In this document: one piece after another, positions 63,545 through 64,000 of the stretch | How the letters are laid out: each line of letters begins with the position of its first letter | Numbering within the stretch: the first letter of the stretch is position 1 | Source of the DNA: Octopus bimaculoides | Lineage: Eukaryota | Length of the DNA: 64,000 bases | Reading direction: 5' to 3' | Assembly (NCBI RefSeq): GCF_001194135.2 | Contig: NC_068994.1 | Span: forward strand, 22,869,812 to 22,933,811 | Notes under the pieces: generated by a model | What the model was told of the DNA's origin: nothing | Seen by the model: only the letters and a program-made list of their open reading frames with translations | The model's database searches: none | Made by a program: the position numbers and the translations under genes

Positions 63545-63810
63545 TGATGGGTGTTAGGGGATGAAATGTCAGGGGAAACATTGACAGGGCAGAGGGAATG
63601 GTATTGAGGCTGGGATAGACCCCCTCATGGACAAGCCTTACCAAGGTGGCTTTAGGATATCATTTCTGTTGTGGCAGATGGGTCTTCTTGAGTACAGTAA
63701 GGTGTCAGATATCTTGGTCTTTTGTTATCTTCATAAGGCTCAGCATTTTGAGATCAGCCTTCAATACTTCATTCCATGTCTTTCAGGGTTTCCCTCTTCA
63801 ACAGGCAGCT
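63545..63810 (-). mobile_element. RTE LINE 3' end fragment
   Basis: WNEVLKADLKMLSL...LKKTH. Same family as 60070-60190. Confidence 0.72.
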
Positions 63811-63910
63811 TTACACGCTAGAAGAAGCAGTCAAAGCGACCAAAACCACATTTAAGAGCAATTTCGAAGGGAATGCAAAATAAAAACTTTTACCTTGTTA
63901 TTTTTTTACG

Positions 63911-63966
63911 GTCATACCTAGGTTTCCAAATAAAATAATTTGCTAGGCGAAATTCTCATCAGTGAC
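63911..63966 (-). ncRNA. Minimal type-I hammerhead motif
   Basis: GUCA-CUGAUGA-(29 nt)-GAAAC-CUAG-GUA|UGAC. Core is intact, stem III is the palindrome ACCUAGGU, stem I is 4 bp, and stem II is weak. Confidence 0.72.
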
Positions 63967-64000
63967 TGCGCCATAACACTAACATATAATTAAGAGACAA

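Overview
AT-rich eukaryotic scaffold with eight N-gaps (2700-3075, 19901-20071, 23707-23840, 25812-26148, 27485-27698, 29346-29483, 48076-48476, 56243-56398). The repeat landscape (tRNA/CORE-type SINEs with internal (TA)/(TG) tracts, RTE and CR1 LINEs, mariner/Tc1/maT relics, Penelope-like elements) plus single-exon C2H2 zinc-finger ORFs points to a coleoid cephalopod, probably Octopus (inference). The only intact host coding regions are two convergent C2H2 zinc-finger ORFs (3268-4833 +, 43825-45441 -). The most notable signal is RNA structure. I found six hammerhead-ribozyme motifs by eye. Five are minimal or degenerate type-I motifs of the kind associated with Penelope-like elements, all on the minus strand. 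The sixth (55132-55205 +) has a complete catalytic core and all three stems, but its strands occur in a non-circularly permuted order. It lies in a non-coding 669-bp unit with a 110-bp terminal redundancy, an architecture resembling a retrozyme or solo pLTR. A second, unrelated 337-bp ribozyme-bearing 1.3-mer lies at 26642-27079. All structures were paired by hand, and none were computed or tested. TE boundaries are approximate unless TIRs or TSDs are quoted.
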